Of a DNA stretch of 64,000 nt, positions 38,501 through 49,874 are shown piece after piece. Numbering within the stretch: the stretch's first letter is position 1; each line of letters opens with the position of its first letter. The position numbers were made by a program, and so were the translations under genes. The notes under the pieces are model-generated. The model saw only the letters and a program-made list of their open reading frames with translations, ran no database searches and had not been told where the DNA came from. The stretch is from positions 140,793 to 204,792 of the forward strand of contig NMRA01000246.1 in NCBI GenBank assembly GCA_002633005.1. The letters are read 5' to 3'. This stretch comes from Phoronis australis. Taxonomy: Eukaryota > Animalia > Phoronida.

Positions 38501-40289
38501 TTGTTCTTATTTTTGTGCTCCACGTCAGGACTATAATGTGACTATATGTGGCTCGACTTTTCTTTTGTCATCCTCAGCTTATTTCATGTGAAGGGTTTTT
38601 AATAGCCTATTGTTGTATATATTACAGTATATTTATTTTACCATATGAGATTTGCTAAATAAAACTACTTATCTGTTTATTTTAACCTCTGTTAAGACAT
38701 TGCTTGTGTACCTGACCCAACTGTGCAACTGGCTTGGATGTCAATATGCTGCGTGGTTTGAGGATATTTACTAAGTCCAGGCTTGGACCACAAACCTCGT
38801 AAAACATCTTTGCTCCAAAACTTCATCAATTTGTTGACAATATAATTGTTAATTGTTTTTTAACTGCTTTTGCTAGAGAGATCAGAATGATCTTTAGGTC
38901 AGTTGCAGCTCTGATTGGAGATTCTAAACAATGAATCTACTGTGCTGTATTAATTTGAATCCTGAGTTAATGATGCAAGTTGACCAGCATTGATTTTTCA
39001 ATCTGTACGTCTTGTTACCATTAAATATTAATATAGCTGTAATGCAGACATAGAACAACATAAGCCTCTCACTACGCCAATTAGTCGCTTGTGGCCTTGA
39101 TAACTGTCTACCTAATGTTACCTTCACAACTGATAATGACAGTTGCTTCTAAGCAGTAAACCATTGCTTGAGACACAGTAATAGAGTACATTAACAGGAA
39201 GAAAAGATATTGATTTTGGCATATACCTTTCAATATTGGAAATGCATTCAATTGAACATGTGGAGAATTAACACAGAGATGTTATTGACTTCCCAACTGA
39301 TATGAAAACACCTGAGACAAAGCACAATACCAATATACAAAAGTGTGTCAATTGTTTCAAAAATGAGTTTACATATGCTCCGTGACAAATAGCAAATTTC
39401 TGTACACATTATTGCATAGTGTGCGAACACAACCTGCGGCTTCAGGCGATGTGTGCTCAAGAGAATGCCAATAAAGGTGGATAAAGTGTACTGGACTGCT
39501 TAGAATAGAACTTGCATGAACAAAAACCTGTCTGTTGTTAACATACTCTTTTTCTCTATGGTACATGAAAAAGTTACAAAAATGTAAGAATAGAAAACAA
39601 ATTCTTTTAAACAAAATTTAAATTTCTGTTGTAAAATTCCAGGTTTTGAAATCAAACCCAAAATAAAGTTGCGGATCAAAAAGTAGTACAGCAGATTTCA
39701 AAAACCGAGGCTCTGAGTTCAACTGTCAAATTCAAGCAGACTTACCCGTTTGTATCGTTGCCTTTCTTTCTGAAACCAGCAGAGTTTTCACCTGGTTGGC
39801 AGTGACTGACAGGAGATGAACCTCACACAGTTGTAATACACATAGAAGAAAGTTGGATTTAGTCCAGTAGTTGGAGGATCGAAACCACTCCCAAGTACTA
39901 GATATACTCGCTTCCACTTTGCTAACGGACATGGCATGATCATGACTAACAGATGCCGAGTCTGTATTTAAGCTAGGGTGAGTCCTTGAGCGAGCGTATG
40001 TGAAGTCTTTAGAAATAAGTGGTGATAGCATGCGTACTAAATTGTCTAGAAGGTCGATACTGTTGAGACGTCGAATTAGTCCGAGAGTGAAACGTTTTCT
40101 TGTCTCATCTCCACATCTTGGAAACCAATCCCTAGTCTTGTTTACATGTTGCGTGATTTGGCAGGTTTCACATTGGCCGCATATAGTGGCTTTTCCTTCA
40201 TAGACGCATCGCAGTTTGGGCGCCTGACCAATGTTGAAGACAAATGGTTCACTGTTTTTATTTGGATGCTTCATCACTTCAAGAACCAT
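24738..40289 (-). CDS. FBXW10: F-box/WD repeat protein 10 / CDRT1-like, about 1261 aa, 9 coding exons
   Basis: Exons 40289-39746, 35750-35302, 33518-33283 (or duplicate 30996-30761), 30337-30134, 29580-29459, 29010-28862, 28484-28342, 27317-27159, 26517-24738 join in frame (3786 nt). CGQCETC, SKDFTYARSR, F-box DFIRCLPVHLSKYILGLLD, MEERNVYCGAYNV and WD40 repeats are typical of FBXW10/CDRT1. Confidence 0.92.
27159..27317 (-). CDS. FBXW10: FBXW10-like WD40 exon
   Basis: AVLCVEFMYLRVITGSEDGRLRIWNMVTGQCCRIMRGNSRSDPI. Confidence 0.93.
28342..28484 (-). CDS. FBXW10: FBXW10-like WD40 exon
   Basis: KLSGHNNAVTAIRYDKWHIVSGGKDGYALAW...LRHP; donor gtaagt. Confidence 0.92.
28862..29010 (-). CDS. FBXW10: FBXW10-like WD40 exon
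   Basis: WNLETAKCVRTFKH...ISGCEKGSVKVWNMLDGQLIK; donor gtgagc. Confidence 0.92.
29459..29580 (-). CDS. FBXW10: FBXW10-like WD40 exon
   Basis: KWSLETGKPMKIYRGHTDTIQCLTVHENRLASGAKDNCCK. Confidence 0.92.
30134..30337 (-). CDS. FBXW10: FBXW10-like WD40 exon
   Basis: NDPHRVVHTDGGQLIAMGSKDRKVRF...AGHAGSIKSIFVCESKGIVFSGSYDTSIR. Confidence 0.92.
30761..30996 (-). CDS. FBXW10: FBXW10-like exon 3, copy A
   Basis: Same peptide as 33283-33518; only synonymous differences seen. Confidence 0.8.
33283..33518 (-). CDS. FBXW10: FBXW10-like exon 3, copy B
   Basis: GAAAQGANPVYAN...MEERNVYCGAYNVMVLNS; ctag / gtaggt. Confidence 0.8.
35302..35750 (-). CDS. FBXW10: FBXW10-like F-box exon
   Basis: Open 449 nt ending ...KDFIRCLPVHLSKYILGLLD...WEEVMLMQ; ttttttcag / gtttgt. 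Confidence 0.92.
39746..40289 (-). CDS. FBXW10: FBXW10-like first coding exon (exon begins at 40355 with 5'UTR)
   Basis: ATG at 40289; acceptor ttttatttttcag before 40355; donor g|gtaagt. Confidence 0.9.
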
Positions 40290-42699
40290 GTTGATGTAAG
40301 ATTTCTACCTGGCAGATCCCAGGCTTAGCAAGAGGATATGCAGACCACTGGGAAACTGAAAAATAAAACAGTGTTTTGAATTAACTTGCCAAATTATGAC
40401 TATAGCTGAAATCAGACAATCACACAAAGCATTAACCTGACCATGAAAGATGATATGTATAGGTTCAGTTCACAAAGTCTTGCCCATCCAAACATGTGAC
40501 TTTAAAGATCAGTGTCACCTTTTTTTAAAGCATTAAATCCTAGGAACGGGCATAAATGTTAGCTCAATATGCGAAATTAACTCTTCCGTTGACTCACCTG
40601 AGACCTCCAGGATGACAGACAACCCCACTATGGTTTAGTGTGAAGAAGATTTAGAACAGTACAGGCTGGTACTGGCTGAGTATGAAATTTGAAATCATAG
40701 ACATAGTACACACAACCATAGCCAGCAAGATAGCTGTATGCAGACTAGAACTAAAAACACATTTATTCATAGCTTTGACACTGTCGCTAAAGAGATAGAC
40801 TCCGACAGAAATACGTGCAGTGCCCTAGTGGGCCTAGTGGCCTACTCAACCGTGAACTTAGTCAGTAAAAATCTTCATTGAAGAGCAAAATGTATTTAAA
40901 AACGACATGAAAACCAAGTTGATAACACCCTCACCTCTTTATCAACAACCCACAGCGAATTTCCCCCAAGCAAGATGCCTTCAACATCTTTCAGCATCTT
41001 CTACCGCAAAATCGCACCTTACAGTCTGTGTATTTTGAAGCCTCGATTTCACACGACACTAAGGAGCATCTATTAAAACAAATTGGGCATTTCGAAATGA
41101 TAGTAAAATTTACAGAAGCTTCAGCAAAAACATTATATGTCGTTCAATGACCTGCTGTGTTAATAAATATTACAAAAATCTTCTACAAAAGTAAACGCAT
41201 GGATTAAAAATTTCCGATCCCCATGTCGTCTCCACGGGAACAAAAACTATTTATCCTAGTTTTCATTACCTCCGCTAGATGTCTCATCAAGTATCTTGTT
41301 GCGAACCAGTTTGTGTGCGAACAATATCTCATTGGTTGCAACGTAGTCGCCAGGTGGCGAGACCTTCAAGTCCACGAGTGAGGCCTAAAACTGGAAAGCG
41401 CCATGTGCATGGATGTGGCAGAACCGTGGTGATACGGCCCTCAGATAGACTAGTATAGAGTAAACAAGAGAAAATTTGCATTTAAATACGCAAAACGTTA
41501 ACCATGCTACTTCAAAACTGTTTTAAAACTATAAGTTAATTTAGGGGCCTCGAGCAAAACGCAATCCCCGGCCCAATAAAAAACGTAAATACAAATTTGG
41601 TCATTGAATGCGTCAAATATGAGATACTCCTAAATTTAAAAAGGCACCACTAATTTTAAAAACTGACTCAGTCCATCAACTATAGACAGCGCTTCCGTCA
41701 CACTGAGTGTAAAATAACGAACGTCTGAAAGGGTACATCCTTTGGCTTATAGTAAGCAAAAATTTCTGACTTCTGAGTGTTTCTTGTAAGATGCCTCCAG
41801 TTTCGCGACTGAAAAAAAATTTATTTGTGTAGAAGTTAATCCATCAAAAACATACGATATTCGATGATATTCTTGAACCCAGTGCAAGGACGCTTTGCGA
41901 TATTACTTCCAACGCTAGGAAGGGGCTAGTTTGGATACTTCTAGTTCGACACTATAGCTGAACACACGCTTCTCCATAAGAAAAAAATTATTCGGTTAAT
42001 TTTGGTTTTCCAATTTTATACTTTTGCCACGAGAACTTTAACATAAACTGATGGCAAAAGTAAAGAAATTTCAATATATTTTTAACTAAAGTTCACCGTA
42101 CACGCATGTCCCATGCGCGCGCGCACAAACACACCAGCCACTTATACTCCTAAAGTACTTGTCACGGCATGTTCTTGAAAAAATAGAGCGTGAAACTACG
42201 AGACGGCAGTTGCATTTAAGCGTCAGTGCCGAAGTTACCCCGGGGTTAGGCATTAGACTACCCGGCACGGTTCATGACAACATGTCGTCAAGACCCCTGT
42301 TTATCAGGGAATCTAATCTAAGGCTCTGTTGTTTGGAGTAAAGCAATTACCTCATAAGAGATGTCTTCACGGCAATAAAACACTGGCTATAGAATAATTT
42401 GATATATCATGGACTCGAACTGGTGATTTTTTAATTGTTTGGCTTCAGAAATTGAATTCTTCGAAAAAGGTAAGGATAATTTTTGCTCAAAAAAAAATCT
42501 TTTTCTTTTCATTTATTTTTTATTTTCCCAGTTCAGATGAGGAAGGGCAAAGGTCTGGGATTCCCGTACCTTACTTTACAATCAGACTGTAGGATTTAAC
42601 TAACCATCTGAGACGGGATTTCATAAACAAAAATAAACAAAGGAAAACACGTAACGAGGAGTATTTAGAATATTTTGCAATAAACCGTACCCCGTGAAG

Positions 42700-44405
42700 A
42701 TAGATAATAGTGATTTACAAAATGTAGCTTTGCATTGTTATTAAATCCTTCATTGCCGACCTTCTATTTGTAAAACTGTCCAATTCTATTTTTTATTAAT
42801 GTATTATCGAAACAGTATTCTTTTTGCAATGTATTTAGATTTGGAGGTTTACCTCTCATTAGTTGCTTATGTGTGTGAAATTTGCAAAGGCTTAAAATTA
42901 ATTTTGGAACGGGGTGGTTTCTTCATCTGTATCCAAATAAAACTGTAACTACATTAGTATTCAAAGAAGTATTGATTCACTTTCTAATCCAGTTCTCTAT
43001 CGTGTTTCAAAAGTTCTGAACAACATCACACTGCCAGTAAAAATGAAGCAAAGTCTCAGGTTTTCTCTTACAGAAAATACACTGAAAGAAATTGGTAACA
43101 CCAATTTTCACAAGATAAGAATTGCAACTGATAATTCTACGAGACAGCCTAAACTTAAACCATCAAAGTTTGACATCACGTTGTAGGCATTTTTCCACCA
43201 ATCAGACGTACCAGGTTTACCAAGGTCTGTCTGTTATTTCAGATCAGACCTAGGTCTACAATATTTACAAAACACAAAACCGTAGTATATATGTTTTGTC
43301 CCTTTTATATGCAAGCAACAATTTTACAGCAATCGGCATAAAGGTGTACAGAAGAGAAAATCGTCTTGTTTTAAATTTGACTATTTACATCAAATAGCTT
43401 CTCTGAGGCCATCAACTTTCAGAAACATAGGTAAAAAAATTTACAAAAACCACCAAACGACAATAAAAACTCGTCCTTGTCCAATACATTTGAGCTGTAA
43501 CAAATACCCTTTTCATACCAATTCCTCCCAAATAGAATTTCGCCATCAATCTTGTCACTGAAGTTGTACCAGTTTGGCTGGTCAGTTATTTCTTCTTGAT
43601 CAATTATATTTGAGAAACCATGTAGGTAATCAAATATTTCCTTCCAAAATGGATCTTAGTTTGGGTAGCAACGTGCTTATGGAAGTACTTCCCAAAGTTT
43701 AGACAGTCCAGTGATATTAATTTAATTCAGTACTTAACAAGGTACGCATATGCACTACAATAGGTGGCAGATACTGAGGCTTTCAGGATCCTACGCTTCC
43801 ATGTAATCTTGACTGCTTTAACAAAAGAAGAAACGTCTATAATTTTACATCCACCCAGCTGATGCTGTTAAATCATGTGTTTACGACCAATTCTATTGCA
43901 TTTTCCACCCCCAATATAATTAAAGTGCATTTTTCAAAATGTTTACAAAACAGATAGCTAGAAATTGGCAACGACAAAAGAACATTGACCAGTTTTGGGA
44001 GAAAAAATGATTTCACAACAGCATTTTTCCAAACGTAGTAAATTTCTTTTTGAACATCTTACTATTTTCTTTTTGAAATCGACCAATTTAATGTTAAAAT
44101 TAATATTACTCATTTCTTCAATGATTGACAGTAGAAAAAACAATCCCAAGAATTTTAATTTATGAACTAAATCATTTTTCAAAATGTTTAAAAGCATTTG
44201 TCAGAGCAAAATGTTGAATTACTACACGGGTGTATGTGTTATGGAAACTATCCAGATACAAGTTGCTTTATCTAAATACGGGAGTTAAACGAGTATGCTT
44301 CGAAACAGTTCAAGTAGGTCAAGAGCGTTTTTTATCGACCTTTCTGTACCGTCAATGATAATGGCAGCGTCATCAGCATATTGGACTAATTTATATTCCT
44401 TAGAA
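42700..44405 (-). mobile_element. Decayed Tx1/L1-clade LINE, 3' half of ORF2
   Basis: EYKLVQYADDAAIIIDG, NWYEKGI and zinc knuckle CIFCKRKPETLLHFYWQC, with stops and frameshifts; ends approximate. Confidence 0.85.
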
Positions 44406-46199
44406 GTGTTTTAGATGATTGACCTGTGAGTCGTGATACCGCACAAAAGAACGGCGTAGGTATTAGATTTTGAAATCGCTGTCGTCTGAAGTTGAAACCA
44501 AATGGGAAGTTTTTGTATTGGCCAGAACTGCTTGTCGTGGGACAAGTTTGGCGGTGTTCATTGCAATTGCACCGTTCAAGTGTAGTCGCAGGGAAATCAC
44601 CAGTTTCACATTACAGTATGACTGCCTGACCATTCACGCTGTGTTTTCAAGTAGTTTTCAAAAATGAATAGAAGAGGCTTTGTCAAAAATTGTATTTTTC
44701 GATAACTGATGGGGTTGAACTAACCTCATATTTGTAAGTATTTTTGTTTTGCTATTCCACATTTGTGTGTGATTTTGCTGTGTACTGTAGGTATCTCTGT
44801 CCAATCTCGGGTTTATCACAATTGTTAATGTCTTCATGATATCATTAAAAACTTCTAACCGTTATCTGTCTGGCCCTTCCTAACAACACAGTCTTCCTAC
44901 AGATACATCTTCTTGTAATTTTACAGTCACTTAAAGTCACACATGCGCGCAAACAGGCGGGGGGGAGGGCTCGGGGTGGCTCGAACGACTACCTTCTTCC
45001 TCGAATGTTTGTTATCGAATATTACATGAACGGTCACAAAAAATCCATTCTGCTCATCCGCAAAATATTGTTTTTGTCACCAAATTAACCAGAAATTTAA
45101 TTTAAAATGCAACTCTTTTGATATAGATCATTTGATGTTACGAAATTCGTCTCAAAATGTTCCTTAGTCTAACTGTAGGTAGCGCTTTGAAAGAAATGAC
45201 TAATTGTTAAAAAAATATTGTGCTACAAATTTGGTTTGCCATAGAACGACGTCGTGTCGTTTTTGTCGACAGGCATAGTCTCAATGAATAACGAACTGCT
45301 AGCTTTTTCTGCAAACGCAGAAACCTCATCTCATTTGAGTAAGGAATAAGTTGAGACCAGTTTTGTAGCGGCAAGTAGCTTAAATCAAAAGTTCACTTCC
45401 TGGGTTCATAACCAAGTTAAACATTAACAATTTACTTTTAACAAATTCATCTACCTTTGCATAGTAATGATATATGAATCAAATTTGATCTCCTCTTGTC
45501 TTCATTTTTCGTTAATTTAGGTAAACATTGGATGTAATTTCAAGTGCGCAACAAGGCTATTCGGAACAATGTTACAAGAAGTGAGGCAGTGATAACTCAA
45601 TCGCGACATGCCTAAACGTGTAAACTATTTTATGAAAAATAAATCAAGATAAGTACTTTTTAAAATACTAACCCTGTTCCGCCATTGGATGCAATGTCAA
45701 TGATTTGCACCATTTACAACAGGTGCTGCGGCAATATATTGTTCGTGCTCATGCAGTATTTTTTACAGTGTTTTATTACTCGTCGATTCCATGTGTTCTT
45801 TTCAAGTTTAGTCTTTCGTTGGTTTAGTTAAGTAAAACAACTTACGTCTGATATAGTTTCACAGAGTTTTCATCTGCGTCAGTTAAACAAAAACATTTTC
45901 GTGCTAAATTCGGGATGTGTTTTAGTTGGTCCAAGCTCATGTTTTCTTGATGTTGTGCAATGCCATTAGAAAAAGTATAATGAACGATGTGTTTTATTTA
46001 AGTGTACCTAATATCCACATTACCATTAGCTTCATCCTGTGCTTTGCCATGCAGTACAAGACTTTATTACGTACGATGTGTTTTAGTTATATATTCATGT
46101 TCATAATATCGTGGTGCTATGAATTGTAGAGATTTTATTCCATAAAGTTGACCTCTAATATCTTCCAAAAATAATAGGAGGTTATATTTGACACAAAAG

Positions 46200-47560
46200 C
46201 CAGTTTCTGATGTTGAGTGTTCATAGTTGAGCAGTGAGAACTGCTAGTCAGCTCTGGGTTTTTGTTGCAATGGGATCGGAAGTTTTGATGTGTCCTCTTC
46301 AAGCTAAGATTGAATTTTGTCCCATGTTGTGCTAGAAATGTCAGTTACCAGTTACATCTTGATTTAAATGAATTTCTGTTTTACACTTTAGGATTTTTGT
46401 ATTAGCTAATGTTGTGGTCATCAATATCAAAGCTAGGGGACCGGAGTCCACCCTGGGCGAAATTGGGGAGCATAAAAGATGACCGTGTGGGGAGAAATAA
46501 TCCTAGCCACTGATGGTCATGAATAACATTAAAATCTTCTGTCACTTTTGACTGGCATTTTTGTTTTATGTTCAGTTTGAGACTGGCTTGGTACACCTTT
46601 AGTCAGAGCATACTTTTTACACGATTGATTCTAAAGGTAATGAAAGTACACTAAGATTTTTTTAAACGAGTGATAATTTTGGAAACTGCTCATCTTAGAC
46701 ATGAGTACTGAGCAAAATTAAGGACAAGCGTATAAGGATGTTTTAGAGTTTATATAGTCCAGAAGATCGTTAATGTAGAGTAAGAGGAGAGGACCTATTA
46801 CACTACCCCGAGGTACTCCAGCATTGAAGTACCAGCCGGGCGAAGACAAGGGTGACAGGAGACCATCGATCCGCATTTTGTAAGTGCGACAAGCAAGATA
46901 TGACTAGAAGTTTGAAGACAATGCCTAAGAAACCATAAGATTGTAATTTGAGTAGCAGCAGATCATGGGGTCTGGGGAACGACATCAAATGCTGACACCA
47001 GGTCTAGAAATCCAGATCTTACGTTAAAACCTTGCTCAAACTGCAAGGGAATTTCATGTACAATTTTAATAATAGTTGCGACACAGTGCGGTTTTCAGGC
47101 ATAAATCCGAACTGTCAATGGTAGATTAGGTCCTGAGAGATAGGGTGCTCAAACATGTGGCCTGTTAATTTTTCTCCAATTTTTTCACTCTACAGAGTGG
47201 AGAAATGTTATAGGGCGTTTATTGGCATCGTCAGCTTCCAAGACAGAACATGCTTCTGATTGCAATATTTTGTTGTATAATACTGTCAGAAGAACTGTGA
47301 CTTCTTTTGAAATTATTTTGTTCATTTTATTAGTTATAAGGTCGGTTCTGTCGTTTTTGTGTTCATCTGTGTTTTCTAATTGCTTCTTGACCTCAGAGAG
47401 TTAGGCTTGTATATGGACGAGGAGCTCAGATGTTCTACTTGGAAATTCAGGAAAGTTTCATGTTGGAACATTGTGACTTTGGATGTGCAGTATTGAAGAA
47501 ATACGTTACTTTTCTCGTCAGTTGGTTTTAGTTCTTCAGTTAAGAACTTGAAACATGTGT
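46200..47560 (-). mobile_element. Decayed CR1/L2-type LINE reverse transcriptase
   Basis: RPIT, QFGFMP, LDLVSAFDVVP, HDLLLLKLQSYG, AGVPRGSVIGPLL..YINDL; ends approximate. Confidence 0.85.
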
Positions 47561-47943
47561 CACTTTAAAAAGTGAAAGCTATAAACAGGGCTAAATGCAG
47601 CTATAAACTAAAGTTCGCTGAGAGCGACAAGTCAGTTTGTAGGCAATAGCGTACTGATTTTATTTCTCTAAGCCACGAATTTTATATAAAAGCGAAAATT
47701 GCCCTTAACTTCATGATACAGGATACATTTAACAATTCTTGACAACAATAGGACAATCAGAAAAACGAATTTTTGCTATGTAATGGTACTGGTCATTTGT
47801 CTATGGCAACTGTTCTGTGAATGACCACTACGTCATCATGTGCACTACACTTAGAGTTAAGCTAAACGTGTAGATGACATGAGGGGCTATTGAATTACTC
47901 ATTCAACTGTGAGCCAAAACACACCTGAGCAATTTGTTAGCAT

Positions 47944-48030
47944 TGTAATAATGATATTAATAATAGTAGTAATAATGATAATGATAATGATAAAAATAAT
48001 GATCACAGTAATAGTAATAACAATGATAAT
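47944..48030. repeat. Degenerate (AAT)n microsatellite
   Basis: ataatgataatgataatgataa-type runs. Confidence 0.85.
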
Positions 48031-49874
48031 CAATATACTTAGAAAACTTAGTCTATTATTGGGTTGTCTTTTTACTGTGCAGATTTCAAAAAGCAAAAAT
48101 CGGTTAAGTTTACAGCAAGGTAATAAACGATCAAAAATGGCACTTTTGGCAATAAGCTGAAAACCAAAACAATTTAGCACAAACACCTCAACAATCTGTT
48201 TGGAAAAAATAATAACAATAAAAATAACAATGATAACAATAACCAACATACATTATGAAATGCGATATAATAGATTTCACCGTCGAATTAAAATGTACAT
48301 AAACCCTGCTGGCGCCTGACAACTGTCGGTGCCTGCATGCCATGCACTCATGTGTATCTACGACCCAGTGAATGTTCTTTTACCTAGATATTTTCTAATG
48401 GGAACTTACCGGGAATTTACGTATCTGTGCACGTGTTTACCCGGCTTCCCCCAAGAAAAACAGAGCGTCCACCCAAAGGACAAAATGTCGCCAGGTGAAA
48501 TTTGCCAAATAAGTTTTGTGCTTTAGGTTTTCAAACGTAATTATAAACTCGTTGCCATCATCGTTATAAGAACGCTATAGGTCCCATTTGTGCTTATTGA
48601 AAGACAACTAAAGCCGCTGATATGTCTAAATATGACAATGAATGCACATGCAGCAATTTGAGACTATATTGGGGATTCTTTCAGACCACTTTTACACTCC
48701 CCGTTGCACTCCCAGATACAGACACCACACGCTTTCTCATGGCAGTGGCACGGAATACCCCCCATATGACGAATATACCATGTCGCATTATTGAATAACT
48801 TTTTTCAAATACACGTTTGAATGCAACATGCAATTTTTTACCATATTCCTTTATTTTGTTCACCTCCTCCCAATAAAAACGACATTTCAGATGTGCAATG
48901 ATACGCCATAAAATGTAACAATTTCGTAACTGTTACATTTTACTGCACTGCTACATTTTACGTTACTAGGCCTCTCCTAACATGTAACAAGTTGTTACAT
49001 TTTATGTAATTGTTGCAATTTTCGTCGAATGCACCTGCGAGAAATGCACCATTATTACATTTTATGAAAGCGACGTCATATTTCATGAGTTTGCATGGTA
49101 TTTGTTACACGGGGGAAAACGGTTAACGGCTTCTTTATCGGATTGTTTAAATGAAATTCTATTATATTTGTCAGGTCATATTAATAGGTAGTGCTTTCAA
49201 TTGTTTTTTAACACGAATAGTTTCTTGGTGTAGTCACAAAATGTACCAGATGAAAGGAGTTTCCAGGATCTGGTAGCAAATTTGTTATTGTTAAAGCGTT
49301 CTTGTAGTCGTTTGTTGGTGCAGTCCTACAGTTTTTCATTACCCTCCCATATAAACACCCACCCGTTTAAGTAAACCCGCCTTGGACGCAGACACAAAAA
49401 TCCCCGGTACGTGGCCCATTTCTGACTAAAAGGTACTCCGCAGTCCAAACCAAAGAAATTCTTACATGTAACTTAAGCATTTATATGACACCTATGCCCC
49501 AGACCTGAAAATTAGGATGTGAGCTAGACAAAAAGACATCATGGTTCACGTATTGTCGACATCGTACTTTTAACTTTTTACAAAATGCGTACGTTGAATC
49601 AGTGGCATCGACCACATAAGTAACCTCACTTATTAACTTGCAGCAGACTAGTTGAGAGAAGCGGTACTAGTTAGTGTTCTTTTGAATTTCAGTGTATCAA
49701 GCTGATATGATTTGCATGCAGATAATTTTCCTTCCAATGGCTTGTACTTGCATACATGTATGTGTAAATCAGTTCAAGCTAGAATCTAGGGCATTTATTT
49801 ATAGCTACTTCACATCTGTTTTATGCAAGTATAGAGAAAAATAGTGTCATTGTAAATTGTTCGCGACTCCTTTT

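Noticed and set aside
47899-48249. Hydrophobic Ile-rich ORFs on both strands
   Set aside because: Translations of (AAT)n microsatellite.
48690-49115. Possible MITE with repeated TTACATTT/AAATGTAA motifs
   Set aside because: Termini and TSD could not be defined convincingly.
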